A DNA stretch of 64,000 bases. It comes from Giardia intestinalis (taxonomy: Eukaryota). Every line of letters begins with the position of its first letter. The first letter of the stretch is position 1. The notes under the pieces are model-generated. The model was not told the DNA's origin and made no database searches. It saw only the letters and a list, made by a program, of their open reading frames with translations. Below, one piece after another: positions 50,941 through 63,015 of the stretch. Where the stretch lies: NCBI GenBank assembly GCA_000002435.2, contig CM018793.1; one strand, given 5' to 3'. The position numbers and the translations under genes were made by a program.

Positions 50941-52668
50941 CTACGCCTTCCCTCTGCACACGAACCACCAGCAGAGGAACCCTATGAGGCCCCCCACGAC
51001 GACGACCACAGCGACGGAGATCCCCGCGATGGCCCCCGTGGAGAGCCCGCTCCTGTTGGCGCCAGAGGACACACACTTGCCATTGTCTAGACTGTATCCA
51101 TCAACACACTCCCCACATATATTGTCCATCACACAGCTCTTGCAGTCACTCACAGAGCACAGCACACACCCACTACCATCCTTGTTGGGCTTCTTACCAC
51201 TGTCACAGGAGGTGCACACAGCAGCAGCCATGCCAGCCCCAGTCAGAGCTGCTGGGGCTGTACACTGCGAACAGCCATCCACCCCCACATATGCCTTAGT
51301 ATCTACTAGTGTGCCTAGGGGGTTGCCACATGCCAATACAGACTGTTGAGCATTGGTTGCTTCTGGGACTACGAAGTACTTATTATTCTCACTAACAGCT
51401 GTACAGACCCCGTTGTTAGCTGTCTTGCACATATGACTACCGGGGGCCTTCGACACATCATAGCACCCTCCCATATAGAGGAAGTAGTTAGCAGCAGTAC
51501 ATGATGTACAGACACCATTGGCACATCCATTATTATTAGCCTTGTCACTAGCACAGAGACCATCAATTGGTACCTTACCACTATCTCCACAATAAGAACA
51601 ATAATGCTTTGTGGTGCCCTTATCATCTATTACGATGGCATCGCAGGCTCCAGATGTCCCCCCGCAGGCAGTATCATCTTCACAAGTCTTGGTGCATGTG
51701 AGGTCGCCAGGTTCTCCGCTGGGCCTGTAGTTGGGCTTACATTCAGTGCACTTGAAAGTATTGCCATCATTCGAGCAGACACTGCATCCATCGATGCCAC
51801 CTTTGGTTGTATCACTACATAGGACACACTCCTTTGTTCCCTGGGCATCCTTAAGGAAGTACCCCGGCATGCATTCAGTGCAGTCCTGTATGTTTCCCGT
51901 TGAGCCACACTTTGCGCAGTTTCCTGCACAGGGCTTGCAAGTGCTACTCAAGTAGAATCCAGGGAAGCATGCTTTACACACCGGCTTCTGAGAGGCTTCC
52001 TTGCTACACGTCTCGCAGTCTGCTATGCCCTGGTCGTTGCCAGACCCACTGCTATCACCGCACAGTATACACTTGGTATCTCCGTCACTTCGAAAGTGCG
52101 TCCCGTCCTGTCCGACAGTTGCGCACCCAGCAGCATCAACGCACGTTGTCGTCCCGTCGGCAGCAGTTCTTATCAGCTTCCCGTTACAATTGGTGCACTG
52201 AGGCTTCCCCGTAGCATCACTATATTCACATGCAGTGCAATCAGTTATGTCGGGATCACATGCCTTACAAGTCCAGGTCTTCTTGTCTGCGTACTGGGTT
52301 GCCTCGCATTGACCAGCATCTACACATTGATTATTCTTCAGGTACTTCCCATCCTCACACGTTGTGCACTGGCCTGCACCGGTGCAGTCTATGCATCCAG
52401 TAACGCACTTCTTACATGCTCCGTTATCTTTATAGTACCCAGCCTTGCATGTATCACATGTGGCAGCCGTTGGGGTGTTTGGTGCCATACATGTAGCGCA
52501 GCCCTCGACTCCCTTTGTCGTGCCATCTCCCACCGTGTCCCAGCAGAGGATGCACTCGCTACCAGGTTTCTGAGGTGTAACTGGGTTCTTGAACAGGCCG
52601 TTATCTGCCTTACAAGCAGTGCATACTCCGTTACTGGCCTGTGTGCATATCTCACTCCACTATCACCC
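50941..52668 (-). pseudogene. 5'-truncated VSP (variant-specific surface protein) lacking an ATG and signal peptide; VSP fragment or pseudogene
   Basis: C-terminus GGLIGFLCWWFVCRGKA-stop, GGCY motif (YFLYMGGCYDVSKAP) and many CXXC. The track start at 52533 is a GTG. The Cys-rich frame continues upstream to an in-frame stop at 52669-71 with no ATG or hydrophobic leader. The first in-frame ATG (CATCMAPNT) is not followed by a signal peptide. Confidence 0.6.
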
Positions 52669-52682
52669 TATCACTGTACAGC

Positions 52683-52689
52683 ATTCACT
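52683..52689 (-). promoter_or_regulatory. Giardia polyadenylation signal AGTGAAT downstream of the intact VSP (TAGACTTAGGTAGTGAAT)
   Basis: AGTPuAAPy consensus, 10 nt after the stop at 52698. Confidence 0.7.
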
Positions 52690-52697
52690 ACCTAAGT

Positions 52698-54462
52698 CTA
52701 CGCCTTCCCTCTGCACACGAACCACCAGCAGAGGAAGCCGACAAGCCCTCCGACGACGACAATCACAGCAACAGAGATCCCCGCGATGGTGCCTGTGCTG
52801 AGGCCGCTCTTGTTCATGCTGTCTCCTCCAGTGTCTCCGCCGGTGCCATCGTCAGTCTCTTGTCGCGTTATGTAGCAGATGACAGATCCTTGACCATTAG
52901 TTGGAGGAGCACAGCTTACGCAATTAGGCACACCAACTATTCCATTATCGCTATCAGCTGCACATTTGAAACACTTACCAGTACCAGTTCTATAATATCC
53001 AGAATAGCATTCAGTACAAACATCCGAATTGCTAGCCCCACACTTTGCACAGCCCTCAGAACATTCCGGACATTTTCCTCCGGCTGGGCTTTGTCCATTG
53101 GCTGCACATGTCTGACACTGTCCATTCTGAGCGCTACTGCATAATGTGTTACCTGGGTATGCTGTCGACTGATAGCACCCGCCAGACTGCAGGAAGTATG
53201 AACCTGTACAGGCCGTACATGTCCCGTCGTTTCCTGGCGTGCATCCCATGACTTCTCTTGTTGCTGTCGATACGCAAATACCATCTACTGGGGCGTATCC
53301 AGCCTTACACTTGCTGCAGTACTTCGAGCCCCCAACGACGGCCGTGCACTGCCCGTCTGCGCAGTTCTCTGCATACCTTCCCGTGCACTCTGGGATGCAT
53401 GTGCCGGTGGCTCCATCGTCGCCCTTGCTTAGCACATACCCAGGGTAGCAAGCCGTACACGACGTTTTTGCATTAGTACTACAGCTTGCGCATGACTCGT
53501 GGCAGGGGGTGCACACCTTGCTATTAGCATACATTCCAGCAGGGCAGGCATCTAAGCACGCATTCTTTTCTGGAGTGAGATACTTGTTTTGTTCACACGT
53601 CAAGCATGTGACCAAAGGGGTGGCTCTGGATCCTTGAGTGAGCAGACTGCACGTCGCACAATTAGCGATTCCACCATCTGGCGCACTATTACATGCAGCA
53701 CACTTGTTTCCCTGTTGTTCATCGACCTTTGGAAACGTAGCCGCTGTACATCCAGATGCTTCGACGCACGTGCCTGTGCTGCCACCGTCCACTTTCAGAT
53801 ATGTCTTAGTACCAGTTCCTTTACACTTACTACACTTGTTATTGCCTGTTACGGCACACGTAGCGCAATTCTCGTCTTGGCATGCTTCACAAGTGGGGCC
53901 AAAGAACCCGTCCTCACAGGTTGTGCACGTGGCAGGCACAGGATTAGTATCACTTGCTGCTGCTTTGGGTGCATCACACACTTTGCAGTGCAGCACGCCC
54001 TTGTACTTGTGGCTGTTTCCAACCAACACTTCTTCAACATCTCCACATGGTATGACCGATTGGTGTGCATTATCTCTATCTGCACCTGGTGGCACGAAGT
54101 ACCCAGCCTTAGCCTGCGTGCACACTCCAGCATTTGCTGTTTCACACATCGTGTTACCAGGCTCAGTAGCTTTTTTGTAGCATCCGCCTTTGTACATGAA
54201 GGATTCATGAGCACACTGTGTGCATACTCCGTTGTTCTTAGTACTGCACTCGTTGTTGTCTGCCGTGCACTTGCCGTCTGTCGGAGCAGATTGAGACCCA
54301 CTGTCATTGCACTGTGAACAGTACTTCTTGCCGTTGATGACGGCGCTACAGGTCTTGCAAGTGTTGGGGTCACTGCCAGTTACCTCTTCACATTCGTCTC
54401 CGGCTTGCGCTGCCCGTGCCATCTCGAGCATGAGGCCAATCAACAAAACTGCGTAGAACATT
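52698..54462 (-). CDS. Variant-specific surface protein (VSP), about 587 aa from the true ATG
   Basis: The track start at 54497 is a TTG. The real ATG (cat at 54460-62) gives the signal peptide MFYAVLLIGLMLEMARAAQA. The protein is Cys-rich with CXXC motifs, two GGCY motifs (FMYKGGCYKKATEP, YFLQSGGCYQSTAYP), a TM helix and the invariant CRGKA tail. Confidence 0.9.
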
Positions 54463-57400
54463 GTGGCTCGACGCTCTGTTACACAGGAATATAGCAACTT
54501 CGCTCGTCAGTCCGCCCCTTCGTGGCATCCGCCTGCGCTGCATGACGTATCGGCAGGGAAGGCCTCCACATGGGCCTGCACTGAGAGGTGGAGTTGTGCT
54601 GGTTCCGGTCTCATGGCCTGCCATCCCCGGGTCCCATGTAGCTAGCCGACCATGAAGATGGATCGATCAGTGCAGGCCCCTCCTCTGTGTTGCAAGGCGC
54701 ATCGCATGATAACTGCTACATGGCTGACCAATGCTTCGCTCTTCGCTGTGATGTGAGGGTCTCCTGGCGACCAGTTCTCCTGCTGTGCCAGTCACAAGGT
54801 CTGCCAAGGGACTCCTAGGTTCTCCTGGATGCCTGACCAGCGACCCGATGGAGCCGGCCGTGCGATGTCCAGCAGCCCGAGCCACGGGTCGTCACAAGCA
54901 GATGCCCCAGACACTGCTCGTCGAGGTCCTACGTTGAGGCCCGGCAGGAGCGATGCCCCGTGGAGGAGGGCTGCGTGTTCTATCGCGACTCACTACGACT
55001 GCCCCCTCTGCTTAGGGACACGCAACATGCCCGCCGCGAACGGATGGATGTCCGTCTGTCATACGACTTAACCTGGTTGCACCGCAGACCGTCGATAAGC
55101 CTGCCCCCTGTCGACTCCTATGCCACTGAAGGGCTCTGCCGGCCGATCGTCTTTAAAGACTGTCCCTCGCCGGTCGCAGGCCCATCTAGGAACCGGTGCC
55201 CGTCCGTCCTCATCTGGGATGGTCCCACTGGGGTGGACACGCCTTCGGGTACGCAGTGATGTGCCAGCACCCTTAGAACTGGTAGTCCCGCTCGCCTAAC
55301 CGGCTCCAGCCAACATACCACAGCGTCTCTCACACGAGGGCTACCCCGCGCACCGGAGAAGAGGTGATACCGGACAGCCAGCGCTATCTGGGCTGCCACA
55401 CTCCCTGCTAGCCAAGGGATAGTGGAGCCGTAGACGAACTGGGCCGTTGTCGTCCCTCTGGTTGGGGGTGCCCAGGTCCTGGAGCCATTGCCAAGAGTGA
55501 TCAGCTGGGTAATGTACACAGCGTGGCCACCGCTGCCAGGGGACACTCTTATGCTTGAAAGTCTACCAGCGAGACTTGGCCCGGTTGGCTGGTCAGAGAA
55601 CGGACTGTGTGCTGGTCAACTGGACTGAAGATTGATGATAGTGCTATATGGACAGCAAGCTAGGAAAGTCAGTGCCTTCTAGATTTCGTGTCACATTGAA
55701 CAACCCGCCGTACGAGATGCCTTAGACGATCAGCTGACTTTACAAAGTACTTTGGAGTACCAACAACTGTGTGGAGATGAGACAGTGAGAGAGCCTTAAA
55801 GCAGCTCGCGAGCAGAGAGGCTGGTGTGCACAGCAATGTGATCCATTAAGTCTCTGTTGGGTGCACAAGAAATGCTCGAATGTAGTAAACTGGTTGGCGC
55901 CTCTTATAGCAGGCAAGGGCTTCTATCCGCGCTGTGCAGTCGTGGGATGCACCTTGTAGACTTGAGGTGGACATCTACAAACACCGTGACTTGGAATGTA
56001 ATTGACAAAGTGCTTGAGGTCTAACTTGAGTGGGCAAGAGCTGATTGTGTCACCTCGGTTGGCAAGTATGTCCAACTGCGTAATGCGTGTAGTCGTCCCC
56101 TGGTGAGGGTGGATGGCCATCTACAGAGCACTATAAAGCTAATCGTGTGGATTGTGGGAGCATCATCCGGTGGCTCGTCTACTGCGGAAAGACGCAACTG
56201 AGGAACTGCTGAGTAGCAAACACGCTGACTGATATTGGTGTGCACCGTATACCTCTACAATAGGGTCTTGCGCCACGTACGGAGAGGAAACGAGCTCCCT
56301 CGACTTCGGAACAGTTGAGTATCCAGAAGCCTCTGCCTCGCTACAAATGCACAAAATCAAATCAGCCTCAAGTCGTCTGCAGACTCCACGATCTTTCCAC
56401 GTTTGGAGGCCAGAGGGACTCACGTGTGTCCTTATTGCAAATGGGTCTATACCTAGTCATCCTATTACAGAGTGGGCTCCCTGGCTTTCTCCATCTTCTT
56501 TGTCCAAATTTGCTTCCCGAGGATCTTTGTACACGAGTAGCCTTCTGTGTACCCAAATAACATCCTTCTTTGTTGAGGCGCTTCACCAAGGACTAGATAC
56601 CACTAGGTCATGCGGACAAAGGCAAACCTTTTCGCAGGTCCGTCTAAAACCAGCCACGGGCATCCAGACAAGTGTATAGATGCTTATCAAGTGGACTGTG
56701 ATACAGGCCAGTTATCGCATGAGGTTCACAGCAGTTGGTGTACAGAGTTCTGTTTTTAGCCATAAGTGTGGAGCCCATGTCTCACCTTGAAAGACGGCAG
56801 AGCGCTTTGTAGGACCTTCCGGGTATATAGTTATTGCTATAACTGATGGAGAAGCAGGTACGAAGACACGATGCTTACACAGAAGCACCTCTGGTGCTAT
56901 CTTCCACTGATAACAGATAGCTCAGACAGGCGGTGTACGCTCTATCATCAGACCTTATACGGCGTGTGTGCATTATTAGAGAAGCTTCTGTAATCTCTGC
57001 TCAGTCTGCTGGGCAGGCACAGCCCAAGTGCAACGAAGACGGTGGTGGAGGCAGCCACCGGCGCAGGGCAGTGGGGCGTGTGGCTCGGTGCAGTGTTCTG
57101 TAGTTAGACACCTCGGCCCTCTGAGACGAGAACAACACGCTGTCTGCACATGCGACTGCCTTTTCATGCTGCTTACTCCTATGAGCAGTTGCGATGCATC
57201 GTATGCCAGAGAGCGGGGCAGAGGGTCCCCAGACTATTGGACCAGCAGGCTAGACTGACAAGAACAGTTGACCATGCGTGCAGAAGCTCTGTCCTGGGGG
57301 CGGCGGGTGCAACGGCTGCCTCAAGTCTTTTAGCCGGGGTGGAGCTGTCCCCTGCTACCTGAGTGGTCTCTCATGCGAGCCATCGCCACCCTGGGCAAGC

Positions 57401-59030
57401 CCCTCGCTCGTTCACCAACCGAGATCCAGATCCAGAGTTCGAAGGTGAGTGTCAAGCGACTCCGGCGGGAGAAGAACTCTTGTTCTGCCCTCTTCCCAAG
57501 GACGAGGCAGGACAACCACGATCAGGGGACGATCATGATGCGCTCCACAAGGCAGTCCCGAGTCCCCTGGAGACCCAGACACTGGTCTTCCTTGAGACCT
57601 AGCAGACTGCGTTCCACTGGATGTACATGGGCGGCATTTGCATGGCGCAGGGAGGCGCAGACTGATGGAACACAGCGGTCTTGCTCGACATAGCGAACAT
57701 TCCAACAGTAGACGGCCTCTGCCAGGCGAGTGTGCCCTGCCCCGAGGAGCTGCGTCGAGGCCTTCCTCCGGCTGCGACGCGCTGCACTCCTGGACTTGGT
57801 CCCTCGGGGTTGAGCATGCTTCTGTGCTGCGGGGGACAGAACCTGCTCATCGGAAGCTGAGGAGATGCCCCGCTCACTGCCCATGCCGACGACAGCGACG
57901 CGACGAGGCAGTCACAGAGGCGACAGGCCCGGCGAAGCAACATGGCTCGACGGTCAGCACTGACAAGTATAGGAGCACAGAGTAGCAGGGGGCCCCCTTC
58001 CTGGCCGGTCTCAAGGAGCCCCCAAGGCAACCGAGGGCCGAAGCCAGTGATGGCACTAATCACTCGCCCCGCTTGTCGAGATGGACCCACACGTGACCTA
58101 TGTGAATCCCTCGACAAGAGATGAGGCCCTTGGGGTGCTTGGCTGACAGAGGCGGATTGATCCTGCCTGCACCGGAGAGTGGTGGCGGCCTGGGCCACTT
58201 GCCGGGGGTCTGCCACAGCAGCTGGTAATGCCTTGACATCCTCGAGTAGACGGGTGCCGATTGTAGAGAGACGGCCTCGGTGAACCGGTCCTGACCGCTC
58301 CTGGTGCCTCAGACGACGCCTCGACAGACCGAAGCACCACCCCAAGTGTGCTGTGCGGTGCAGATGGACCAGCCCACACGTCACTGAGCCAGATGCACTG
58401 CACAGGGTGGGCGTCGACGCGGTCTCGTGCTGGGTGACGGACCACCTGCAAGAGCGCCCTGCGATCCATGAGCAGAGGGCCATACTTCTCCCCGACACAA
58501 CACATGGGAGTACTCCATCGACATCCACGAATGCGTACCACAACCTCAAGATAGAGGGACACGGGGAAAGCGCCCTCCGATCATACTCGGGACTGATGGT
58601 GCCCTCCACGAGGAGACGAAGAGGCACCCGAGGAACGGGGTAGACATCCGAGGTATGGCGTGCGATCTTCGTTATGAAGCACCAGCACCACAAAGCGACC
58701 CTGGAGTACATGGCCAGAGTTAACTGCTCTCGAGACTGGATCGCCGCGACTGACGCAAGGCCAGAGACAACGGGTGCTCACTAGTGCCAGACGGTGGCTG
58801 GCCCCGACAGGCCAGAGCGGAGAGACGCCCCGGAGCGCATAGTGGAGCACCCAACGGCTCCCCGGGCGAGGAGGCACAAGGCTCTTCTCCAGAGTGGACG
58901 GCATCTAAGCTTCGGATCCTGGATTTGGATCTTAGCTAATGCATGAGTGGGAGGCCTGCCCAGAGTGGCAGTGACTCACGTGGGAGACCACTCAGATAGC
59001 AGATGAGAGTAAATTAGGGGACCTTATTGA

Positions 59031-59360
59031 AAAAGAAACAGCGACCCGAGCTTCATCCACCACGAAGGAAGACCAAGGAGAGGCGCCACCGGTAGAGCAG
59101 AGGGTCTGCGAGAAGGCCTGAATCCTGGGCAGGCAGACGTGCACACACAGACTGAGCACACTTCCACAGAGCGACCGGGGAAGGTGCCAGGTTTTAGATA
59201 TACTAATAAAGAGGACTCCCTAGTATGTCGTCTACAACCAGCCATCGTCCTTGGACTGACCAGAACTTGAACGAGAATTTACTCGTGAGATTTTTGGATC
59301 GTGCCTGCAGGCGGCCCGGCAGCACAGCGCTGGAAGCAACCGGTGGGTGGAGTGAATCAC
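59031..59360 (-). repeat. Third copy (C) of the VSP-3'-flank-like repeat, in the same orientation as arm B, with no adjacent VSP coding sequence
   Basis: 59031-59290 is nearly base-for-base identical to 50607-50865. 59291-59360 matches the segment of arm A that abuts the giant-gene ATG (ccggtgggtggagtgaatcac). Confidence 0.8.
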
Positions 59361-60454
59361 TAATAATACTTTAGACATATCACCGTGCACCAGTCAGCCT
59401 AAAGCTTAATAAAGTCTTGACCTCCTGCATGCTTGCTACCTCTTTTTCTATACCCATAGGTGTGTATTTACGAATAGCGCCGCTCTGAACGTATGCAGTA
59501 GCCAGGTATCTCACCAAACTAACGATTGCGGGAATAGAGGGCTGGAACTGGATCTTCATCTGATAAAGTTGCAACATGGAAACACACAATCTTCGAACGC
59601 TGAACAGAATGGAGCAAGACAATCCACGTCAGTATATAGTATAGGGGCATTCTTAACGTTATAGTGGTTATGAGTATAACATCTTTAATAGAGAGAGCAG
59701 GACTATGAGAGATTACGGTTCAGACAACCGTGAAAGGTATACAGGAATCCATGTGCGGGCGCTCTAAGTGTCTTAAGAGGATTCAGTGGAAGCAGCAATT
59801 GGTACTATTGTTAAAAACAACGGCCAGTTGCATTCCCCGATTCTGGACCTCTACATAAGACTGGTAAAACCTATCCCCCTGTGCTCCACGTGATAACTTT
59901 AGAAAGTGGCACTGGGATTGAAGGACATGATTGAAGAGCCTTTTTAACCAGAAGCACCCCAGGATCCTCTCTAGTGTCCGACCCTTTGAAGTTTCACGAG
60001 CATTACGGGCACTCTGCGCCAAGGCCCACAAGACGATGTTGCTCCATGACAACCGGCGTGGGTTATTAAGAGATACTGGGAGAGCACAGCACAGATCACT
60101 GGGGTGACCATCGATTGACAGTGTGACAAAATCAGTAGTTACAGGTGTCACAGGATCACAAGCGTCAGCATCCAGTGGGGCTCATAGGTACCTTTTTCCT
60201 CATGTTCAGGCAGAATCGTTACGAAGAGCATTGGAGTCTCGCAGAGGCCGTATTGCTGTGATGAAATGCTAATTACGCGATATATGACAGTCGGCATACT
60301 TCCTGCCTAACCATGGACCGAGACATTATTTTCTGAGATAGAGGGTTATGGTACTTTAGACTAATTAGTTTAGACTCGTTAGTGAAGTTTTCAATAAAAA
60401 AGAATATCTTTATTGGGAGCGTTCGCTACCATCAGTGAAAGCTAAAAACATAGG

Positions 60455-62629
60455 ATGGCTTATATTAGAATGCTGTTATTGACTTTCTACTTCATAGTGA
60501 ATAGTTTCGCAGCGCCTTGCCAACAGAAGGGGTATCACATGGTAACATGCAAACCGAATAGCTGTGAAAGAGTTGGTGTCATAGAGATTTGTGTTCAGTG
60601 TAGGGCAGGAGGGGTTCCTATCAATGGACAATGCTCTCTATTCGACACTTCTTATGTTGCTGAAGCGAGATGTACCAAAAGTGATGGTACCGCTTTGACA
60701 AGTTCCGATACTACCTGCGGAAAGTGCGGCGGTGAGTACTTTCTCTTCATGGGAGGGTGTTATGGCATAAAGTATAGACCTGGCAATGAGATATGCACTA
60801 GGGCTGATGATGGAAAGTGTACCACTTGTAATACAGGAAATAGTGGTAAATACGTATTTAAGAATGGAGACCCTAATGCTGCGCCGGGAACAGAATGCAT
60901 TCTGTGCCATGATACGATGGGAGCAAATGGATATACAGGAGTAGCAAACTGTGCAGAGTGTAGCCATGCAGGAACTAGTTCTGGTGCTGCTACCTGTGGA
61001 AAATGCCAGACAGAATACTTTAAGAGTGGAGATACATGTACACCATGTGGAGCTGATTGTTGGATTTGTGAATCTACAGCTAAGTGCACAGTGTGCAAAT
61101 ATGGAAAATATATAAAAGAAAATGGTAATGATAGAACTTGTGTAGACACTAGTGGATGTGGTACTGGTAACTATGCAGATATAAGAACAAACGAGTGCAA
61201 GCCGTGCACGGACACAAGTGTCAATGAATGTGCTACGTGTACATACAGTGACACCCTCAGGAAGCCCGTATGCACTGGGTGTAATAGTGGAGGAGCCAAG
61301 CCTCTCCTTAAGGTGGACCTCGATGGGTCAGCGACGTGCGTTGCGGAGGGAGAGTGTGCAAGTGGCAATACGCACTTCCTTGAACAATCTCCAAAGGCTT
61401 GTGTCCCGTGTGGTGATGCTAAGAATGGTGGGATTCTAGGTTGTAGCACTTGCTCCTCTAAAACTACATGTACAAAGTGCCTCGATGGATATTACAATAG
61501 TGGAAATGGTGGTACGGTTACATGCACAGCTTGCGGTGCCAACTGTGCTACATGCTCTGCTGCTGGCAATGATCAGTGCACTAAATGCAAGCCTGGATTC
61601 TTCATGAAACAACCCGGCTCTGCTGGTAAGTGCTTCGCCTGCGACAGTAAAGCCGACAATGGCATCGAGGGGTGCTCCCAATGTAACAGCGGCCTAACCC
61701 CTACATGCACCGATTGCAAGTCCAACTATCGCAAGGAGGGAACCAATCCGGTGAAGTGCACAAAGGCCTGCGAGGACCCCACGGCCTGCGGGGGGACGTC
61801 TGGGGCCTGCGGGGCGGTCGTCGTTGACAGCGCCGGGGCGTTCTCCCAGTACTGCTCGCTGTGCGGAGACCCCGCCACATTCCCCATCGATGGCGTTTGC
61901 ACAGGGGATAAGGGCGGGAATACCTGTGCCAATGGCGTCTGCACCCGGTGTGCTGCCGGGTTCTTCCTCTTCATGGGCGGCTGCTATGATGTGTCGAAGG
62001 CTCCTGGCAGTCACATGTGCAAGAGCGCCGAGGGAGGGAGGTGCACCGTCCCTGGTGAGAGTGGTCGATACTTCATAGTCCCTGGAGCATCCAGCACTGA
62101 TCAGTCTGTCCTGACATGTAGTAACCCAGTAGGCACACTGACAGGTACTGGTAGTACCGCTAAGGCATATGTGGGGGTATATGGCTGTTCGGCATGCACA
62201 ACCCCAGTAGCTCCGTCTGATGGTGGTATGACTGCTGCTGTGTGTACAGCGTGTAACAACAACAATAAGCCCAACCTGGCTGGCAGTGAGTGCCTCACAT
62301 GTACCGTTAGTGGATGCTCGCACTGCAACAGGGATGACATGTGCTCCGCCTGCACAGAGGGGGGCAAGAGGCCGAACATAGACGGCTCCCAGTGCATCCC
62401 CTGCAATATCGACGGGTGCGTCAGGTGCAGCGAGGAGAACAAGTGCGGCCAGTGCGGGGGTGACTACAAGCTGGAGGGTGAGGCGTGCATATTCACCAAG
62501 CCCAGCGGGGGCAACAGGAGCGGACTCAACAAAGAGGCCATAGCCGGCATCGCTGTTGCTGTCATCATCGTCGTCGGGGGCCTCGTCGGTTTCCTCTGCT
62601 GGTGGTTCATATATAGAGGGAGAAAGTAA
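60455..62629 (+). CDS. VSP-like high-cysteine membrane protein with a non-canonical cytoplasmic tail (YRGRK instead of CRGKA)
   Basis: ATG at 60455 after an AT-rich leader. Signal peptide MAYIRMLLLTFYFIVNSFAAP. GGCY motifs (FLFMGGCYGIKY, FFLFMGGCYDVSKAP). The C-terminal about 230 aa are paralogous to the truncated VSP at 50941. TM helix GGLVGFLCWWFIYRGRK-stop. AGTAAAC (62625-62631) overlaps the TAA stop. Confidence 0.85.
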   Translation: MAYIRMLLLTFYFIVNSFAAPCQQKGYHMVTCKPNSCERVGVIEICVQCRAGGVPINGQCSLFDTSYVAEARCTKSDGTALTSSDTTCGKCGGEYFLFMGGCYGIKYRPGNEICTRADDGKCTTCNTGNSGKYVFKNGDPNAAPGTECILCHDTMGANGYTGVANCAECSHAGTSSGAATCGKCQTEYFKSGDTCTPCGADCWICESTAKCTVCKYGKYIKENGNDRTCVDTSGCGTGNYADIRTNECKPCTDTSVNECATCTYSDTLRKPVCTGCNSGGAKPLLKVDLDGSATCVAEGECASGNTHFLEQSPKACVPCGDAKNGGILGCSTCSSKTTCTKCLDGYYNSGNGGTVTCTACGANCATCSAAGNDQCTKCKPGFFMKQPGSAGKCFACDSKADNGIEGCSQCNSGLTPTCTDCKSNYRKEGTNPVKCTKACEDPTACGGTSGACGAVVVDSAGAFSQYCSLCGDPATFPIDGVCTGDKGGNTCANGVCTRCAAGFFLFMGGCYDVSKAPGSHMCKSAEGGRCTVPGESGRYFIVPGASSTDQSVLTCSNPVGTLTGTGSTAKAYVGVYGCSACTTPVAPSDGGMTAAVCTACNNNNKPNLAGSECLTCTVSGCSHCNRDDMCSACTEGGKRPNIDGSQCIPCNIDGCVRCSEENKCGQCGGDYKLEGEACIFTKPSGGNRSGLNKEAIAGIAVAVIIVVGGLVGFLCWWFIYRGRK

Positions 62630-63015
62630 ACACACACTTGAACAGTAAGCGGCCACACCAATGAATCCTATTGGTAATGCTTGGGTGTAATCAGTGTGTG
62701 AGCGCTCATGCTAGTTATCCGCCCGCCCTCAGTATTGCTATGCACTTGTGGGATCGCTATGCTGATGAGAGTGGAGCATGCTTTGAGTCATAGAGGAGAC
62801 GCTCACCACGGTTTATAAGTAGCCCCAGGGGCGAGGGACCGACACCTGTTGGGGAGAAGCATGATTGAAGGCAGCCTAGCTGACATTAAGGATGGCGGAG
62901 CAACCCTGTCCACACCGTGCAAACGAGGGCCTGGATCCCGTTTTGGAACATAGAGTGACACTGTGGCGATTGGCAAGATCTGCAAATATAGGCAAAGTAA
63001 CTAGTCGAATCAGTT

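Noticed and set aside
57599-58711. 370-aa minus-strand ORF and the many overlapping 60-190-aa ORFs across 48.3-50.8 kb and 54.5-59 kb
   Set aside because: Arg/Ser/Pro/Ala/Gly-rich translations, overlap in several frames on both strands, and the same 'proteins' arising from both arms of an inverted repeat are all hallmarks of GC-rich non-coding DNA, not genes.
48340-59000. Possibility that the GC-rich tracts are rDNA (Giardia rDNA is GC-rich and sits near VSPs at chromosome ends)
   Set aside because: GC content here (about 58-62%) is far below the roughly 75% of Giardia rRNA genes, and none of the conserved SSU/LSU core motifs (for example GTGCCAGCCGCCGCGGTAATTCCAGCTC) are present.
59380-59622. 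80-aa minus-strand ORF next to repeat copy C
   Set aside because: Short, no motif, and adjacent to repeat sequence; insufficient support to call a gene.
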